A DNA stretch of 64,000 nucleotides from Vicinamibacterales bacterium. GTDB lineage: Bacteria > Acidobacteriota > Vicinamibacteria > Vicinamibacterales > JAKQTR01. The notes below the pieces were generated by a model that worked only from the letters and a program-made list of their open reading frames with translations, was not told the origin of the DNA and ran no database searches. The translations under genes were made by a program, and so were the position numbers. Every line of letters starts with the position of its first letter. The first letter of the stretch is position 1. The DNA is taken from assembly GCA_046496425.1 (NCBI GenBank), contig JAWOGY010000063.1, positions 10,360 to 74,359 of the forward strand, read 5' to 3'. Positions 10,079 to 19,510 of this stretch are shown here, in pieces.

Positions 10079-10123
10079 TCGAACGCGCGCCTCGTCTCGG
10101 CACGGCGCCGGTGAGCGTTACTC

Positions 10124-10753
10124 ATGACCATCCGCATCGTACTCATCGACGACCATCCGATGGTGCTCAAGGGCCTCGAGCAGTTGCTGCAGCTGAACGC
10201 GGACTTCGAGGTCGTCGCCACCTGCGGCACGGCGGTCGAGGGGCTGCAGGCCGCCGAAACGCTCCGTCCCGACGTGCTCCTGCTCGATCTCAAGCTGCCG
10301 GGGGAGGACGGGCTGAGCGTGCTGCGCAAGCTCGACTCGACGAAGCCGCCGGCGGTGGTCGTGTTGACGGCGAGCCAGGACGAAGACGACCTGATCGCCG
10401 CCGCACGCCTCGGCGCGCGCGGCATCGTGCTCAAAGCCATGGCGCCGCGCGTCCTGGAAGACTGCATCCGGACCGTGCACGCCGGCGGGCTGAGCCTCAG
10501 CGTCGGCGGGGTGGATCTGTCGGATCGCCTCGCGCACCGGCAGCAGGTCGAGATCGAGCTTCAGAACATCCTGACGCCGCGCGAGTTCGAGATCCTGCGA
10601 CTGGTCGCCGCCCGCCTGGACAACCAGGAAATTGCCGCGCGCTTGTCGATCAGCGTCGGCACCGTGAAGATCCACCTGCACCACGTCTTCGAGAAGCTGC
10701 AGCTGCGGGGGCGCCACGATCTCCAGGTGTACCTGCGCGAGAAGAAATACTGA
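10124..10753 (+). CDS. response regulator, NarL/FixJ (LuxR HTH) family
   Basis: Receiver IRIVLIDDHPMV..DVLLLDLKLPG. C-terminal LTPREFEILRLVAARLDNQEIAARLSISVGTVKIHL. Confidence 0.95.
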   Translation: MTIRIVLIDDHPMVLKGLEQLLQLNADFEVVATCGTAVEGLQAAETLRPDVLLLDLKLPGEDGLSVLRKLDSTKPPAVVVLTASQDEDDLIAAARLGARGIVLKAMAPRVLEDCIRTVHAGGLSLSVGGVDLSDRLAHRQQVEIELQNILTPREFEILRLVAARLDNQEIAARLSISVGTVKIHLHHVFEKLQLRGRHDLQVYLREKKY

Positions 10754-10787
10754 TTCTTCCGGACGCCTTCCGGCCGGGCACGAGTGG

Positions 10788-11357
10788 CTACTCGCGAGGC
10801 CAGAGTGCGGCGAGCTGGAGATCCAGCGCCTCGAACGGCTCGGCGCGCACGGCCTGGTCGCCGATGCAGGTGGCCAGGACCGCCCACCGGCCGTCCTCCA
10901 GGCGGCGCACGTCGAGCGTGCGGGCGACCGGATCAATCAACCACACATGCGAGACGCCCTCGCGGGCGTAGATAGCCAGCTTCCTCGCGCGGAGCGACGC
11001 CGGCGACGAGGAGAGGATCTCGCACACCCACTCCGGCGGGACGGAGAAGTAGGCCGTGGCGGGCAACTCGGGGAGGCGAGACAGCCGCCAGCCCGCCAGG
11101 CCGGGAACCAGGATGTCCGCGCCCAGGTGCAACTCGGGCCCGGGCAGGATTTGCCAGCTCTCCTGACCGCGCTGCTCGAATGCGCGGCGGAGCGTCCCTC
11201 CAAGCGCCATGGCACTGCTGGCAACGGGAGCCGCCGGGCCGGGGTTCGCGTGCAGCTCTCCGTCGACGATCTCGGCGACCAGGTCTGCGGGCAGCCGGGC
11301 GAGATCCTCGCCCGTGGCACAGCGATCGAAGGGCGGGACCCGCGGCACGACGGGCAT
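10788..11357 (-). CDS. Uma2 family (DUF820) endonuclease-like protein
   Basis: Typical Uma2 layout: AEIVDGELH..PELHLGADILVPGLAGW..PPEWVCEILSSS..KLAIYAREGVSHVWLIDP. Start trimmed to the ATG at 11357. Confidence 0.8.
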   Translation of the reverse strand: MPVVPRVPPFDRCATGEDLARLPADLVAEIVDGELHANPGPAAPVASSAMALGGTLRRAFEQRGQESWQILPGPELHLGADILVPGLAGWRLSRLPELPATAYFSVPPEWVCEILSSSPASLRARKLAIYAREGVSHVWLIDPVARTLDVRRLEDGRWAVLATCIGDQAVRAEPFEALDLQLAALWPRE

Positions 11358-11475
11358 TGTACATCGTCGATCTGCATCGCCCGCGCCGTGGCAGGCGCGC
11401 GGCGGCGGCGGGTCGGACGCCGAGGACGAGGCCCGCGTGGCATGCTGGCTTCCACGATGCACCACAATTTATGGT

Positions 11476-11748
11476 ATGTTTCATACCATGATTACAACCA
11501 TTGATGCCGCCGGGCGCCTAGTCATCCCCGGTCCGGTCCGCCGGGAAGCGGCGATCGAACCCGGTGTCCCGCTGGAGGTGCGCTGGCGCGACGGGATCAT
11601 CGAAATCGAGCCGCAACCCATTCCTGTCGCGCTCGAGAGACGCGGCCGCCTGCTCGTCGCCAACCCGAAGTTCAAGGTCCGGCCGCTCGGCACCGCCGCG
11701 GTGGAGCGGACGCGGCGCGAGATTTCGACAGGGCGAGGCCGGCGTTGA
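11476..11748 (+). CDS. vapB: AbrB/MazE/SpoVT-type antitoxin (VapB-like)
   Basis: IDAAGRLVIPGPVRREAAIEPGVPLEV swapped-hairpin motif. Its stop overlaps the start of the PIN gene (TTGA). Start is ATG 11476 or 11488. Confidence 0.8.
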   Translation: MFHTMITTIDAAGRLVIPGPVRREAAIEPGVPLEVRWRDGIIEIEPQPIPVALERRGRLLVANPKFKVRPLGTAAVERTRREISTGRGRR

Positions 11749-12194
11749 GCCCGCGCCTCTTCGCGCTGGACACCAGTTGCATGGTCGCGGCGGTCTGCGG
11801 CTGGCATGTCCGACACGCCGCCGCGGCCGCCGAGATTGAAGGTCGGCTCGACCGCGGCGAGCGGATGGCGATCGCCGCCCATGCCATTGCCGAGACCTAC
11901 GCGGTGCTCACGCGGCTGCCGGCCCCGCACAGGCTCGCCCCATCTGACGCGTGGACGCTCGTGCGGGCGAACTTCGTCGACCACGCGTCGCTGGTGACAC
12001 TCGACGGGGCGGCGCACGTGGCCGTGCTGGAGAATCTTGCCGGTGAAGGCGTCGGCGGCGGTCGCACGTACGATGCGCTCATCGCCGCCTGCGCGATCGC
12101 GTCTCGCGCGAAGGCGCTCCTGACCTTCAACCGCCGGCACTTCGACCCACCGCCATCCGGCGTCACGATCGTGGAGCCGCTCGATCCAGCCTGA
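11745..12194 (+). CDS. vapC: PIN-domain toxin (VapC-like ribonuclease)
   Basis: LFALDTSCMVA (first acidic residue), ..YDALIAACAIASRAKALLTFNRRHF (typical PIN C-terminal block). Coupled to the AbrB-type gene. Confidence 0.85.
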   Translation: MSPRLFALDTSCMVAAVCGWHVRHAAAAAEIEGRLDRGERMAIAAHAIAETYAVLTRLPAPHRLAPSDAWTLVRANFVDHASLVTLDGAAHVAVLENLAGEGVGGGRTYDALIAACAIASRAKALLTFNRRHFDPPPSGVTIVEPLDPA

Positions 12195-12327
12195 CCCGGC
12201 TTCCCTGCACGTACTCGTCCTCCTCTCGGACGGTTCGGGGGTGGCGCTCGGAGAGAACCGCTCCGGACAACTGGGCCGGCCCAAGGCCATCCGCAGCTTT
12301 CTCCCGGCCGAGCGCGTGCCGCCGCCC

Positions 12328-12405
12328 CAGAACGTGCGGCTGTGCAATCGGGAACACGTGAAGCGAGGTTGTCCAACCTACAGTGGAGAAGCGATGACAC
12401 GGCCA
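12328..12405 (+). promoter_or_regulatory. copy A of the conserved approx 78-nt element containing an ECF-type promoter-like motif (GGAAC 12351-12355, N16, TCCAAC 12372-12377, CTACAGT)
   Basis: About 78 nt nearly identical to 23496-23573 (about 5 mismatches). The core is also shared with 6761-6805. Located 60-140 nt upstream of the rhomboid start. Confidence 0.45.
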
Positions 12406-12465
12406 CGCCCGCCGTGCTCTTAGGAGGCTCTCGGACTCAACCGCGGCAAGAAGGAGAACCCTCCC

Positions 12466-13119
12466 GTGATCCCCATTGGTGATGACGACACCTCTCGCAG
12501 GACCGCTCCGGTGGTCACGTATGCGTTGATCGCGCTGAACGTCCTCTTCTTCTTCGTGGAGCTAAGCGGCGGCGACGCGTTCGTCCTGGAGTGGTCCCTG
12601 GTTCCGAGCCGCTTCCTTGCCAATCCCCTCGGTGGCGTGCTGACGCTCTTCACGTCGATGTTCATGCACGCCGGGTGGGTTCACCTGGGCGGCAACATGC
12701 TCTACCTGTGGATCTTCGGCGACAACGTGGAAGACCGCTTCGGGCACCTCACGTTCACCATCTTCTACCTGCTCTGTGGGCTGGCGGCGACGTTTGCGCA
12801 GTTGGCGTTCAGCGTCGGATCGAACGTGCCGAACCTGGGAGCTTCGGGGGCGATTGCGGGGGTACTCGGCGCGTATATCCTGCTGTTCCCGCGGGGAAGG
12901 GTCAGAGTGTTGCAGGGCCAACGAGTGATTCACGTGCCTGCGTTGATCGTCATCGGGATGTGGATCGCGTTGCAGTTCTTCAGCGGCATCGGTTCCCTCG
13001 CCGACACCGCGCAGACGGGTGGCGTCGCGTACATGGCGCACATCGGCGGATTCCTGGCGGGACTTGTTCTGACGTTCTTGCTTCGCGGGAGCGGAAGGGC
13101 GCAGTCGACTGCTTCCTAG
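12466..13119 (+). CDS. rhomboid family intramembrane serine protease
   Basis: GASGAIAGVLGAY (catalytic Ser motif) and HIGGFLAGL (catalytic His motif), with 6 TM-like segments. GTG start preceded by AAGGAG. Confidence 0.9.
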   Translation: MIPIGDDDTSRRTAPVVTYALIALNVLFFFVELSGGDAFVLEWSLVPSRFLANPLGGVLTLFTSMFMHAGWVHLGGNMLYLWIFGDNVEDRFGHLTFTIFYLLCGLAATFAQLAFSVGSNVPNLGASGAIAGVLGAYILLFPRGRVRVLQGQRVIHVPALIVIGMWIALQFFSGIGSLADTAQTGGVAYMAHIGGFLAGLVLTFLLRGSGRAQSTAS

Positions 13120-13697
13120 CCGGCAGCGGTCCCGTTCCCAGGCGTTTGCTCGGCGACCAGGTCCTCGAACAGGCTCCGGTAGTGGATCATGGCCTGGCGC
13201 AAGTCTTCGGTGCTCGCCTCTCCCTTCGTCTGGCGGATGGCGATGTCGTGGGCTGTTCGGTAGTGCTCCATGACCAGCGGGTGGTCCACGGAGATATCCG
13301 CCGCACGCTGGGCGAACTCACTGACCGGATACCCACGCGCGGACATCACGTCGCCGAGCAGTTGGTCAGCTTCCGCGACCGCGCTGGCGGGGCCGTCCAC
13401 GAACCGCGCCTGGATTCTGCTCCAGGAGTCGACGAAGCGCCCACGATCTCCGGCCGCGATCGGCCGGAGGTGAAAGCTCTCGACGCGCTCGGTGCGCTTG
13501 TCGAGTCCGGCTTCCCCATGCCGCCGATTCCCGCCTTCTTTCACGGCGCGGGCGTACTCATCGCCCCCGAACTTGCTGCGCAGCCCGTCGGTCCGGCGCT
13601 TTCGGAGGACGAGCATTGTCGCTATGCCCGCAGCCAGGATCACCACTACTGCGATGATCATGACCATCTCTGTCGTCGTCAACGCTTCGAAGTTCAT
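13116..13697 (-). CDS. membrane-anchored hypothetical protein
   Basis: ORF 13116..13955 trimmed to the ATG at 13697 (GGAGG RBS). N-terminal TM VMIIAVVVILAAGIATMLVL, then a hydrophilic helical domain. Its stop shares a CTAG with the rhomboid stop. Confidence 0.65.
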   Translation of the reverse strand: MNFEALTTTEMVMIIAVVVILAAGIATMLVLRKRRTDGLRSKFGGDEYARAVKEGGNRRHGEAGLDKRTERVESFHLRPIAAGDRGRFVDSWSRIQARFVDGPASAVAEADQLLGDVMSARGYPVSEFAQRAADISVDHPLVMEHYRTAHDIAIRQTKGEASTEDLRQAMIHYRSLFEDLVAEQTPGNGTAAG

Positions 13698-14067
13698 ACC
13701 CGCCTCCAGTCCCGGTGCGATTTGGACAGCCCGACCCGTGGTGCCGTCCAGCAACCTGCGTTGACCTCCACGGGAGGCACGGGCGTACAACCCGGTCCCC
13801 ATGATAGGGGCGTCCATGCAAGGTGTCTGTGCGCTCTTGAACACACGCATGTCGGCGCGGGCTCTCGTGTGGGTGACGCCACGTCTCCCCCGCGTGTCTC
13901 CTTTGGAACAGCAAGACTCCACGTGGTGGCAGATAGTGGTGCCTGGGTCGTCCACTCGTGGTCCGGCGCGGCGGAAGCGATTGCGCTTGCCTGAGCTGCG
14001 GGCGGAGAAGGCAGTCGCTGCGTCATGACCGCGTGAGAGTTCATCTCGGGTTCAATGGAGGAGTCAC

Positions 14068-14616
14068 ATGACTGCGTTCCGATCATTTGTCGCCGTGCTC
14101 GCGTTGATAGCCGTCGGGACCATGGTGGGCTGCGCCGCCGGGACCCAGAAATCACCAGACGTGTCAGACAGCATCCGCTCGGCCCTCGATTCAGCAGGCC
14201 TCGAGAGCGTCTCCGTCAGTCAGGATCGTGACAAGGGCATTGTGACGCTGGATGGACAGGTGGCCAGCGACGGCGCCAAGGCACAGGCCGAGTCCCTTGC
14301 CAGGTCTTTTGCGGGCGCCCAGGTCGTCGCGAATCAGATTGACGTGATTCCCGTCGGCGGAGAAGCGGACGCAAGGGCCGTGAACGCCGCCCTGGACAAA
14401 GGCATCGAGATGAACCTGGACGCGGCGCTGATTCAGAACAAGATGCAAGACATCGTGAAGTACGCCGTCAAGAGCGGCGTCGTCACGCTCACCGGAGAGG
14501 TGAACTCGCAGGAGCAGCGCGACGGCGCCGAGAGAGTGGCCAAGGGTGTGCCCAACGTGCAGCAGGTCGTGAACGATATGCAGGTCAAAGACCAGAAAGC
14601 CCGGTCTTCAAAATAG
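14068..14616 (+). CDS. BON-domain lipoprotein (two BON repeats)
   Basis: Lipobox VGTMVGC. Repeats ..GIVTLDGQVASDGAKAQAESLARSFAGAQVVANQIDV and SGVVTLTGEVNSQEQRDGAERVAKGVPNVQQVVNDMQV. GGAGGAG RBS. Confidence 0.85.
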   Translation: MTAFRSFVAVLALIAVGTMVGCAAGTQKSPDVSDSIRSALDSAGLESVSVSQDRDKGIVTLDGQVASDGAKAQAESLARSFAGAQVVANQIDVIPVGGEADARAVNAALDKGIEMNLDAALIQNKMQDIVKYAVKSGVVTLTGEVNSQEQRDGAERVAKGVPNVQQVVNDMQVKDQKARSSK

Positions 14617-14949
14617 GAGAGGCCAGGTCAGAGAATCCGCTCAAACCGTCGGAGCGGCCGCGATTGACCGTCACCAGCCAGAATCCCGGTCGCGCGCCGG
14701 ATCGGGCAAAGGACCTGCTTTTCGCAGCCGTGCATCGCGATCCGCAAACCGTCACCGAGGCGGTGTGGGACCTCTGTACAAAGCCGCCCACCACTGAGCG
14801 CCAACGGGGGGGCGCTGACCATGGCGGGGCTCCAGCTCGCCCGTAGTTGCCCGTGAGCGCTCTCCCCGGCGTAAACGACGCCCGGACGCCACCTGCAGCC
14901 GCGGGCCGCGTCACAACTGGACGCCCGGAGCGCGGACACCAGCGAATGC

Positions 14950-16743
14950 TCAGCATCCAGACCGGGGCTTGCACATCCTGCGCGGGCGTCTGGTGCCGCG
15001 GCGGTCTGGCGTGATGTGAAGCGGAGCGACGCCCACGCGATGGACGAGATCGGCGAAGCGTGCGTCGGCATGAAGAGGATCGAGCCCGGGCGTCCCGGCG
15101 AGCCAGAACAGGGAGCCGTCCCGGATCCGGTAAGCCGTTTCGAGCCAATCGAACGCCGCGTCGATCTCGCCAAGCCCCGCGTGGATGACCGCGAACGCGG
15201 TCGGCGGAGCCTGCCCCTGCACACGGAGTTGCTCGAGTTCTCCGAGAAGCTGCCTGGCCTGGTCTGTCCGGGCGAGCCGGCCATAGACATGTCCCAGGTA
15301 GGAGACTGACAGAGCTTCGCGCGAATGGCTGAGGGCCTTCTCCAGGGCGGCAACCGCGTCCTCGGCACGGCCCAGATACCAGGCGGACCACCCGAGCACA
15401 AAATAGGCCTGAAGGGAATCCGGAAACAGCCCGATCGTCCGCCTGGCTTGCGCCTCCGCCCGCGCGTGCTGGCCGACATGGAGGAACATCCAGGCGGCAT
15501 ACTGATTCGGCATGAGCGGCGCAGGATTCAGTTTCATCATGTACTGAACCTCTTTCACCGCCTCGGACTTCCGGCCGACAAACGACAGCAGCGTCGAATA
15601 GAACGCGTGCGCATCCGCCTCGCTCGGGCTCAATTCGATGGCGCGCCGAACCTCCTGCACGGCCGCGTCCAGGTCCCAGTCGAGGAGCAGGTTCATCCAG
15701 GCAAGGACCAGGTGAGCCCGGGCCAGGCTGTCGTCGATGGCAAGAGCCCGCAACGCCAGGTGTTTCGCGCTGGGATATACCTCGCCGGCTGGAGCATGGC
15801 CCCAATAGCCCAGCATGAACAGACAGGCGGAATACCAGGCGAGGCCCGGCGCGAAATCGGGCGCCTTGAGGGTGATGTCCCGGAAGCCCTGAAGCGCGTT
15901 CCCGATCCCTTCCGCGCTCATTTTCTCGAACTCGGTGCGGGCGGTCAGGTAAGCCTCGGCTATCTCCGGCGCCACCGGCCGCGCCGCACCCTGGGGCAGA
16001 ATCACCGCATTGGCGTGTCTCAACGCCGTGGCGACACATCCGGCAATAGCCCGGGCGACCTCGCGCTGCGTCGCCAGCACGGCGGACATGTCGCAGTCGT
16101 AGCTCTGCGCCCATGCGTGGCGCTCGGGCTCCGCCAGGATCAGTTGCGCCGTCAGGCGAGCGGATTGACCCTCGTGAAGGACGGTTCCTTCCACCACGCC
16201 GTCCACGTTGAGGCCGCGGACGATCTCCCCCAGCGTCCGGCTGCTGTCTTTCAGATGGAGCACGGACTGGCGCGAGATCACCCGCACCGCCGGGATGCGC
16301 GCGAGTTCGGTGATGAGCGCATCGGTGATGCCGTCGGCGAAATAGTCTCTGGCGGGATCGCGGTTCAGGTTCGCAAAAGGCAGCACCGCGATCGTGGGCT
16401 CTGCGAACGACCGCTCCCGCGTGACCGGCGCGATGAAGCGGTACCCCCGGCCAGGAAGCGTCTCGACGTAACGGGGAGCCTGCGCGTTGTCGCCAAGTAC
16501 GGAGCGGATGCGGTACACGCAGTAGTCCACCCCGACGTCATAGTCCACGAACGTCGAGTCGCCCCACAAGAGACTCCGGATCTCCTCGCGATCGACCAGT
16601 TTGGCTGCCTGACTCACCAGGAGGCAGAGCACGCGCGCGGGCTGCGGCCGGAGTTTCAGGACTCTCCCGGACTTGCGCAGCCTGCCGCTCTCCAAATCAA
16701 GCTCGAACGCCTCGAACGTCACCCGACCAGACATCGCCGTCAT
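14950..16743 (-). CDS. transcriptional regulator: OmpR/CadC-type winged helix plus TolB-like module plus TPR repeats
   Basis: N-terminal FELDLESGRLRKSGRVLKLRPQPARVLCLLV..ETLPGRGYRF (trans_reg_C), then IAVLPFANLNRDPARDYFADGITDALITELAR (TolB-like N-terminal pattern), then TPR-like helices. Confidence 0.85.
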   Translation of the reverse strand: MTAMSGRVTFEAFELDLESGRLRKSGRVLKLRPQPARVLCLLVSQAAKLVDREEIRSLLWGDSTFVDYDVGVDYCVYRIRSVLGDNAQAPRYVETLPGRGYRFIAPVTRERSFAEPTIAVLPFANLNRDPARDYFADGITDALITELARIPAVRVISRQSVLHLKDSSRTLGEIVRGLNVDGVVEGTVLHEGQSARLTAQLILAEPERHAWAQSYDCDMSAVLATQREVARAIAGCVATALRHANAVILPQGAARPVAPEIAEAYLTARTEFEKMSAEGIGNALQGFRDITLKAPDFAPGLAWYSACLFMLGYWGHAPAGEVYPSAKHLALRALAIDDSLARAHLVLAWMNLLLDWDLDAAVQEVRRAIELSPSEADAHAFYSTLLSFVGRKSEAVKEVQYMMKLNPAPLMPNQYAAWMFLHVGQHARAEAQARRTIGLFPDSLQAYFVLGWSAWYLGRAEDAVAALEKALSHSREALSVSYLGHVYGRLARTDQARQLLGELEQLRVQGQAPPTAFAVIHAGLGEIDAAFDWLETAYRIRDGSLFWLAGTPGLDPLHADARFADLVHRVGVAPLHITPDRRGTRRPRRMCKPRSGC

Positions 16744-16912
16744 GTTCGCCGGATCCTCGCAAGTTCAATCCTGTGACGACGTTGGGCGCAGAGGTCGAAT
16801 CCAGCCGATTTCCAGCCGCTGTCGATGGCAAGGACAACGGTTACCGCCTACCTTACACCCTGTTTCCGCTGACGCCCGCACGAATGACGTCACGAGTTGA
16901 GAGGAGGCACTT

Positions 16913-17413
16913 ATGAGAAGACCCGCGTTACTGATCGTCCTGCTCCTTGTACTGTCGCTGCCGACCACGGCCGTTGCGCAAGAGAAGACCACGCACGCCC
17001 TGAAGGCCGTGCTCGAGGGATCGTACACGTTCGTCCCCATGGAACACCCCCTCTCCGAGTTCGATTCCTACGGCCTTGGTGTCGCGCGCGGCACCGCGCA
17101 AGGGCTGGGGCAGACGGAACTGTTCTGCTTCCAGCAGTCCCAACCGAGTATGGTTCCCATACTCACTCACTTCTTCCTTATCGCGGCCAACGGCGAGAGG
17201 ATCATCGGCACCTACGAGGGAGGCCATATCGCGATAACTGGACCCGCATCGGCGTTGTTCAAGGCTACGTTTCAGATCACCGGCGGCACCGGCCGTTTCG
17301 CGCAGGCCACTGGCGAACTCCAAGGCAAGGTCCATCTGACGGTCCCGGGCGGCAACTGGATGGCGCCGGAGTACGGGGCCGTCTGGACGTTCGAGGGTTG
17401 GATCAAGTATTGA
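16913..17413 (+). CDS. secreted hypothetical protein (beta-rich, GGTGRFA motif)
   Basis: Signal peptide MRRPALLIVLLLVLSLPTTAVAQE. GAGGAGG RBS. FQITGGTGRFAQATG motif. No confident family call. Confidence 0.65.
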   Translation: MRRPALLIVLLLVLSLPTTAVAQEKTTHALKAVLEGSYTFVPMEHPLSEFDSYGLGVARGTAQGLGQTELFCFQQSQPSMVPILTHFFLIAANGERIIGTYEGGHIAITGPASALFKATFQITGGTGRFAQATGELQGKVHLTVPGGNWMAPEYGAVWTFEGWIKY

Positions 17414-17545
17414 CGGAACGCCCGAGGGGACGGAACCCACGCGCACGGGCCGTTCAGTCAGACGAGGGCCACCTTCGCGGTGGCCTTCTTCGTGTACGCT
17501 ACAGTGGCTGAATCCAGCCGCGAGAACGGGCCGTTGAATCACATT

Positions 17546-17636
17546 TATATCGTTTCAATTATCGTTTCGTTGATAAATAATACCAACATATTAAGGCTTT
17601 ATTAAGTCATTGTTGATGTGATAATATCGTTTCGTT
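17546..17636 (+). promoter_or_regulatory. AT-rich leader with three direct copies of ATCGTTTC(A/G)(A/T)T (candidate operator set)
   Basis: tatATCGTTTCAAtt (17546-17560), ATCGTTTCGTT (17561-17571), ATCGTTTCGTT (17626-17636, abutting the ATG at 17637). This is the only strongly AT-rich stretch in this part of the window. Confidence 0.4.
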
Positions 17637-18905
17637 ATGCATACGGTTATTGGCGCGCTGGACAGCGGGGTTCTTGACGCCGCCGACCTTCGGCGCCGGC
17701 TGGGGGTATCGCCACCGACGATGATGCGAGCCGTTCGGCAGGCCGGGCCACGCGTCGTTCGCATTGGCCGGGCACGAGCCACCCGGTACGGCTTGCGCGC
17801 GTTGTGGCCAGGCTTGGACGTGTCGCGTTTCCCTGCGTTTCGAGTGTCTGACAGCGGCGGCGTTCAATCATCCGGCGAGTTGTTCACGTTGGCAGCGCGC
17901 CAGACAGTCTGGATGCCAGATGGCGCGGTGTCCGACGGACTGCCAATTGAACTCGCAGATGCCCGGCCGTCGGGCTTCCTGGGACGGCATTTCGCTGCCA
18001 CGCACGCTGACCTTCGATTGCCGGCGCGCCTGGAGGATTGGTCGGATCATCACATTCTCATCGCCCTGTCGAGGCGCGGCGAGGATGTTCCCGGCAATCT
18101 CGTCCTCGGCGACGAGTCGTTCACCCGATGGCAGGCGCTTGACACCGTGGCGCACACACGGGACGACTATCCCGGACTGGCAGAGGCGACGATCGCCGGA
18201 CATCCGCCTGGCTCATCGGCCGGCGGCGAGCGGCCGAAATTCGGCGTGTTCGTCGATGGACGGCATAGGCTCGTGAAGTTCGCCGCCCGCTCGACCGACG
18301 CCGTGGCCAGGCGATGGTGTGACTTGCTCGTCCTCGAGGCATTGGCGCTCGACGTGGTTTCCTCGCGCGGCATCCCGGCGGCCCGCACGCACGTCGTCGA
18401 GCGGCCTTCTCACTGGTTCCTCGAAAGCGAACGCTTTGATCGGGTAGGGGCGCGCGGACGTCTTGCTGTGCTGAGCTTGGCTGCCGTTCACGACGATCCC
18501 GCGCATTCCTGGGCCCAGGCGGCGGTCGAACTGAGAAGCGCGGGCCGGCTTTCTGACGAAGACGCGCGTCGACTTCGATGGCTTGATGCCTTCGGCGCCC
18601 TTATCGGGAATACCGACAGACACCAGTTCAATATTCTCGTGTTCCCCGCCGGCGCGAGTCTCCGGCTCGCGCCGGCGTTCGATCAGGTCTCGATGCTGTA
18701 CGCACCGTCGGGAGATGGCCGCGTGCCAGCCAGGGCGCTTGCCCTGCCGAGGGCGAGTTCGGACACGCTGGACGTCTGGGACGACGCTCGCGCTGCGGCA
18801 CGGGACTTCTGGGAGCGCGCCAGTGACGACGGGCGTGTGTCGGACGATCTTCGCAACGTCTGCTCGGCCAACGTTCACGCGCTTCTCACCGGCCAGGGTC
18901 GGTAG
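17637..18905 (+). CDS. HipA-family Ser/Thr kinase with fused N-terminal HTH (YjjJ/HipH-like architecture)
   Basis: N-terminus LDAADLRRRLGVSPPTMMRAVRQAG (HTH-like). Kinase core GSSAGGERPKF and DAFGALIGNTDRHQFN (HipA_C catalytic loop). No separate hipB-like gene nearby. Confidence 0.8.
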   Translation: MHTVIGALDSGVLDAADLRRRLGVSPPTMMRAVRQAGPRVVRIGRARATRYGLRALWPGLDVSRFPAFRVSDSGGVQSSGELFTLAARQTVWMPDGAVSDGLPIELADARPSGFLGRHFAATHADLRLPARLEDWSDHHILIALSRRGEDVPGNLVLGDESFTRWQALDTVAHTRDDYPGLAEATIAGHPPGSSAGGERPKFGVFVDGRHRLVKFAARSTDAVARRWCDLLVLEALALDVVSSRGIPAARTHVVERPSHWFLESERFDRVGARGRLAVLSLAAVHDDPAHSWAQAAVELRSAGRLSDEDARRLRWLDAFGALIGNTDRHQFNILVFPAGASLRLAPAFDQVSMLYAPSGDGRVPARALALPRASSDTLDVWDDARAAARDFWERASDDGRVSDDLRNVCSANVHALLTGQGR

Positions 18906-19510
18906 TGTCCCGTCACCCCGTCTTGCTCTTCGAGCAGCTTGCCAACGAACGCGGTCAGATCCATCCTAGGCTTGGCCATCGGCATCTCCCTCCGTGTGTG
19001 TCCTTCCGCCAGAAAGAACTCACGGAACGATGCCCGATGGCCGCTTGGCTGTCCAGCCGCTCAGCGGCTCACCGAATTTCCACCACGTCCTGGGACTGAC
19101 CCTCAAGGCGACGCGAGACGCGCAGGTCGCACGCGCCAAGGTCGACCTGGATGCGGCGATTGTGGCCTTCCAGGCGTCGCTCGAGGACTTCAGGCGCACC
19201 TTCACGACGCCGCGCTTCCTCAGCGGTCTGACCCGCCGCCGCGCCTCCAGTTCAGCGCCGTAATGCGCAAGCGCCGTTCCACTGGGCCTGCGGGACAGAG
19301 ACCCGCAATCTTGTTGTGGCGCACGGGCTTGCGTGATTGCCGCGAGGGCGACGCAGCCCGCGTCGTGACGAAATCAAGGCACGAGACTTCCAGCAGTCAC
19401 TCCATCGCGTCGGGCTCGCACTCCCCGTGGGAATGAGAGGACGCAAGGCGCAGAACGCAAATAAGCGTCAGGCTGGAACACCAACGCGACAACCCGAGGC
19501 GAGGCGCCAC

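Noticed and set aside
12466-12470. Possibility that the conserved 78-nt element (12328-12405 / 23496-23573) is a structured sRNA.
   Set aside because: The few substitutions between the two long copies are not compensatory for any hairpin I could draw. The third, shorter copy (6761-6805) conserves only the promoter-like blocks and their spacing. This favours a promoter interpretation.
14617-14949. 333-nt gap between the BON gene and the wHTH-TPR regulator, with one frame showing high GC3 (ORF 14664..14846).
   Set aside because: No start context, no motif, and no homology that I can recognise. It could be a relic or simply high-GC intergenic DNA.
18905-19000. Minus-strand mini-ORF after a GGAGGGAG RBS (MPMAKPRMDLTAFVGKLLEEQDG..) that resembles the N-terminus of IS256/mutator-type transposases.
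   Set aside because: Only about 25 residues are similar, from memory of the family. The ORF then runs into the HipA-like gene and stops. It is at best a tiny relic and is not reported as a feature.
19029-19263. Plus-strand ORF (MPDGRLAVQPLSG..VARAKVDLDAAIVAFQASLEDFRRTF..) with coding-like GC3.
   Set aside because: No RBS, no recognisable motif, and it lies in a region that looks rearranged. It may be a fragment of a longer decayed gene. There is insufficient support for a CDS call.
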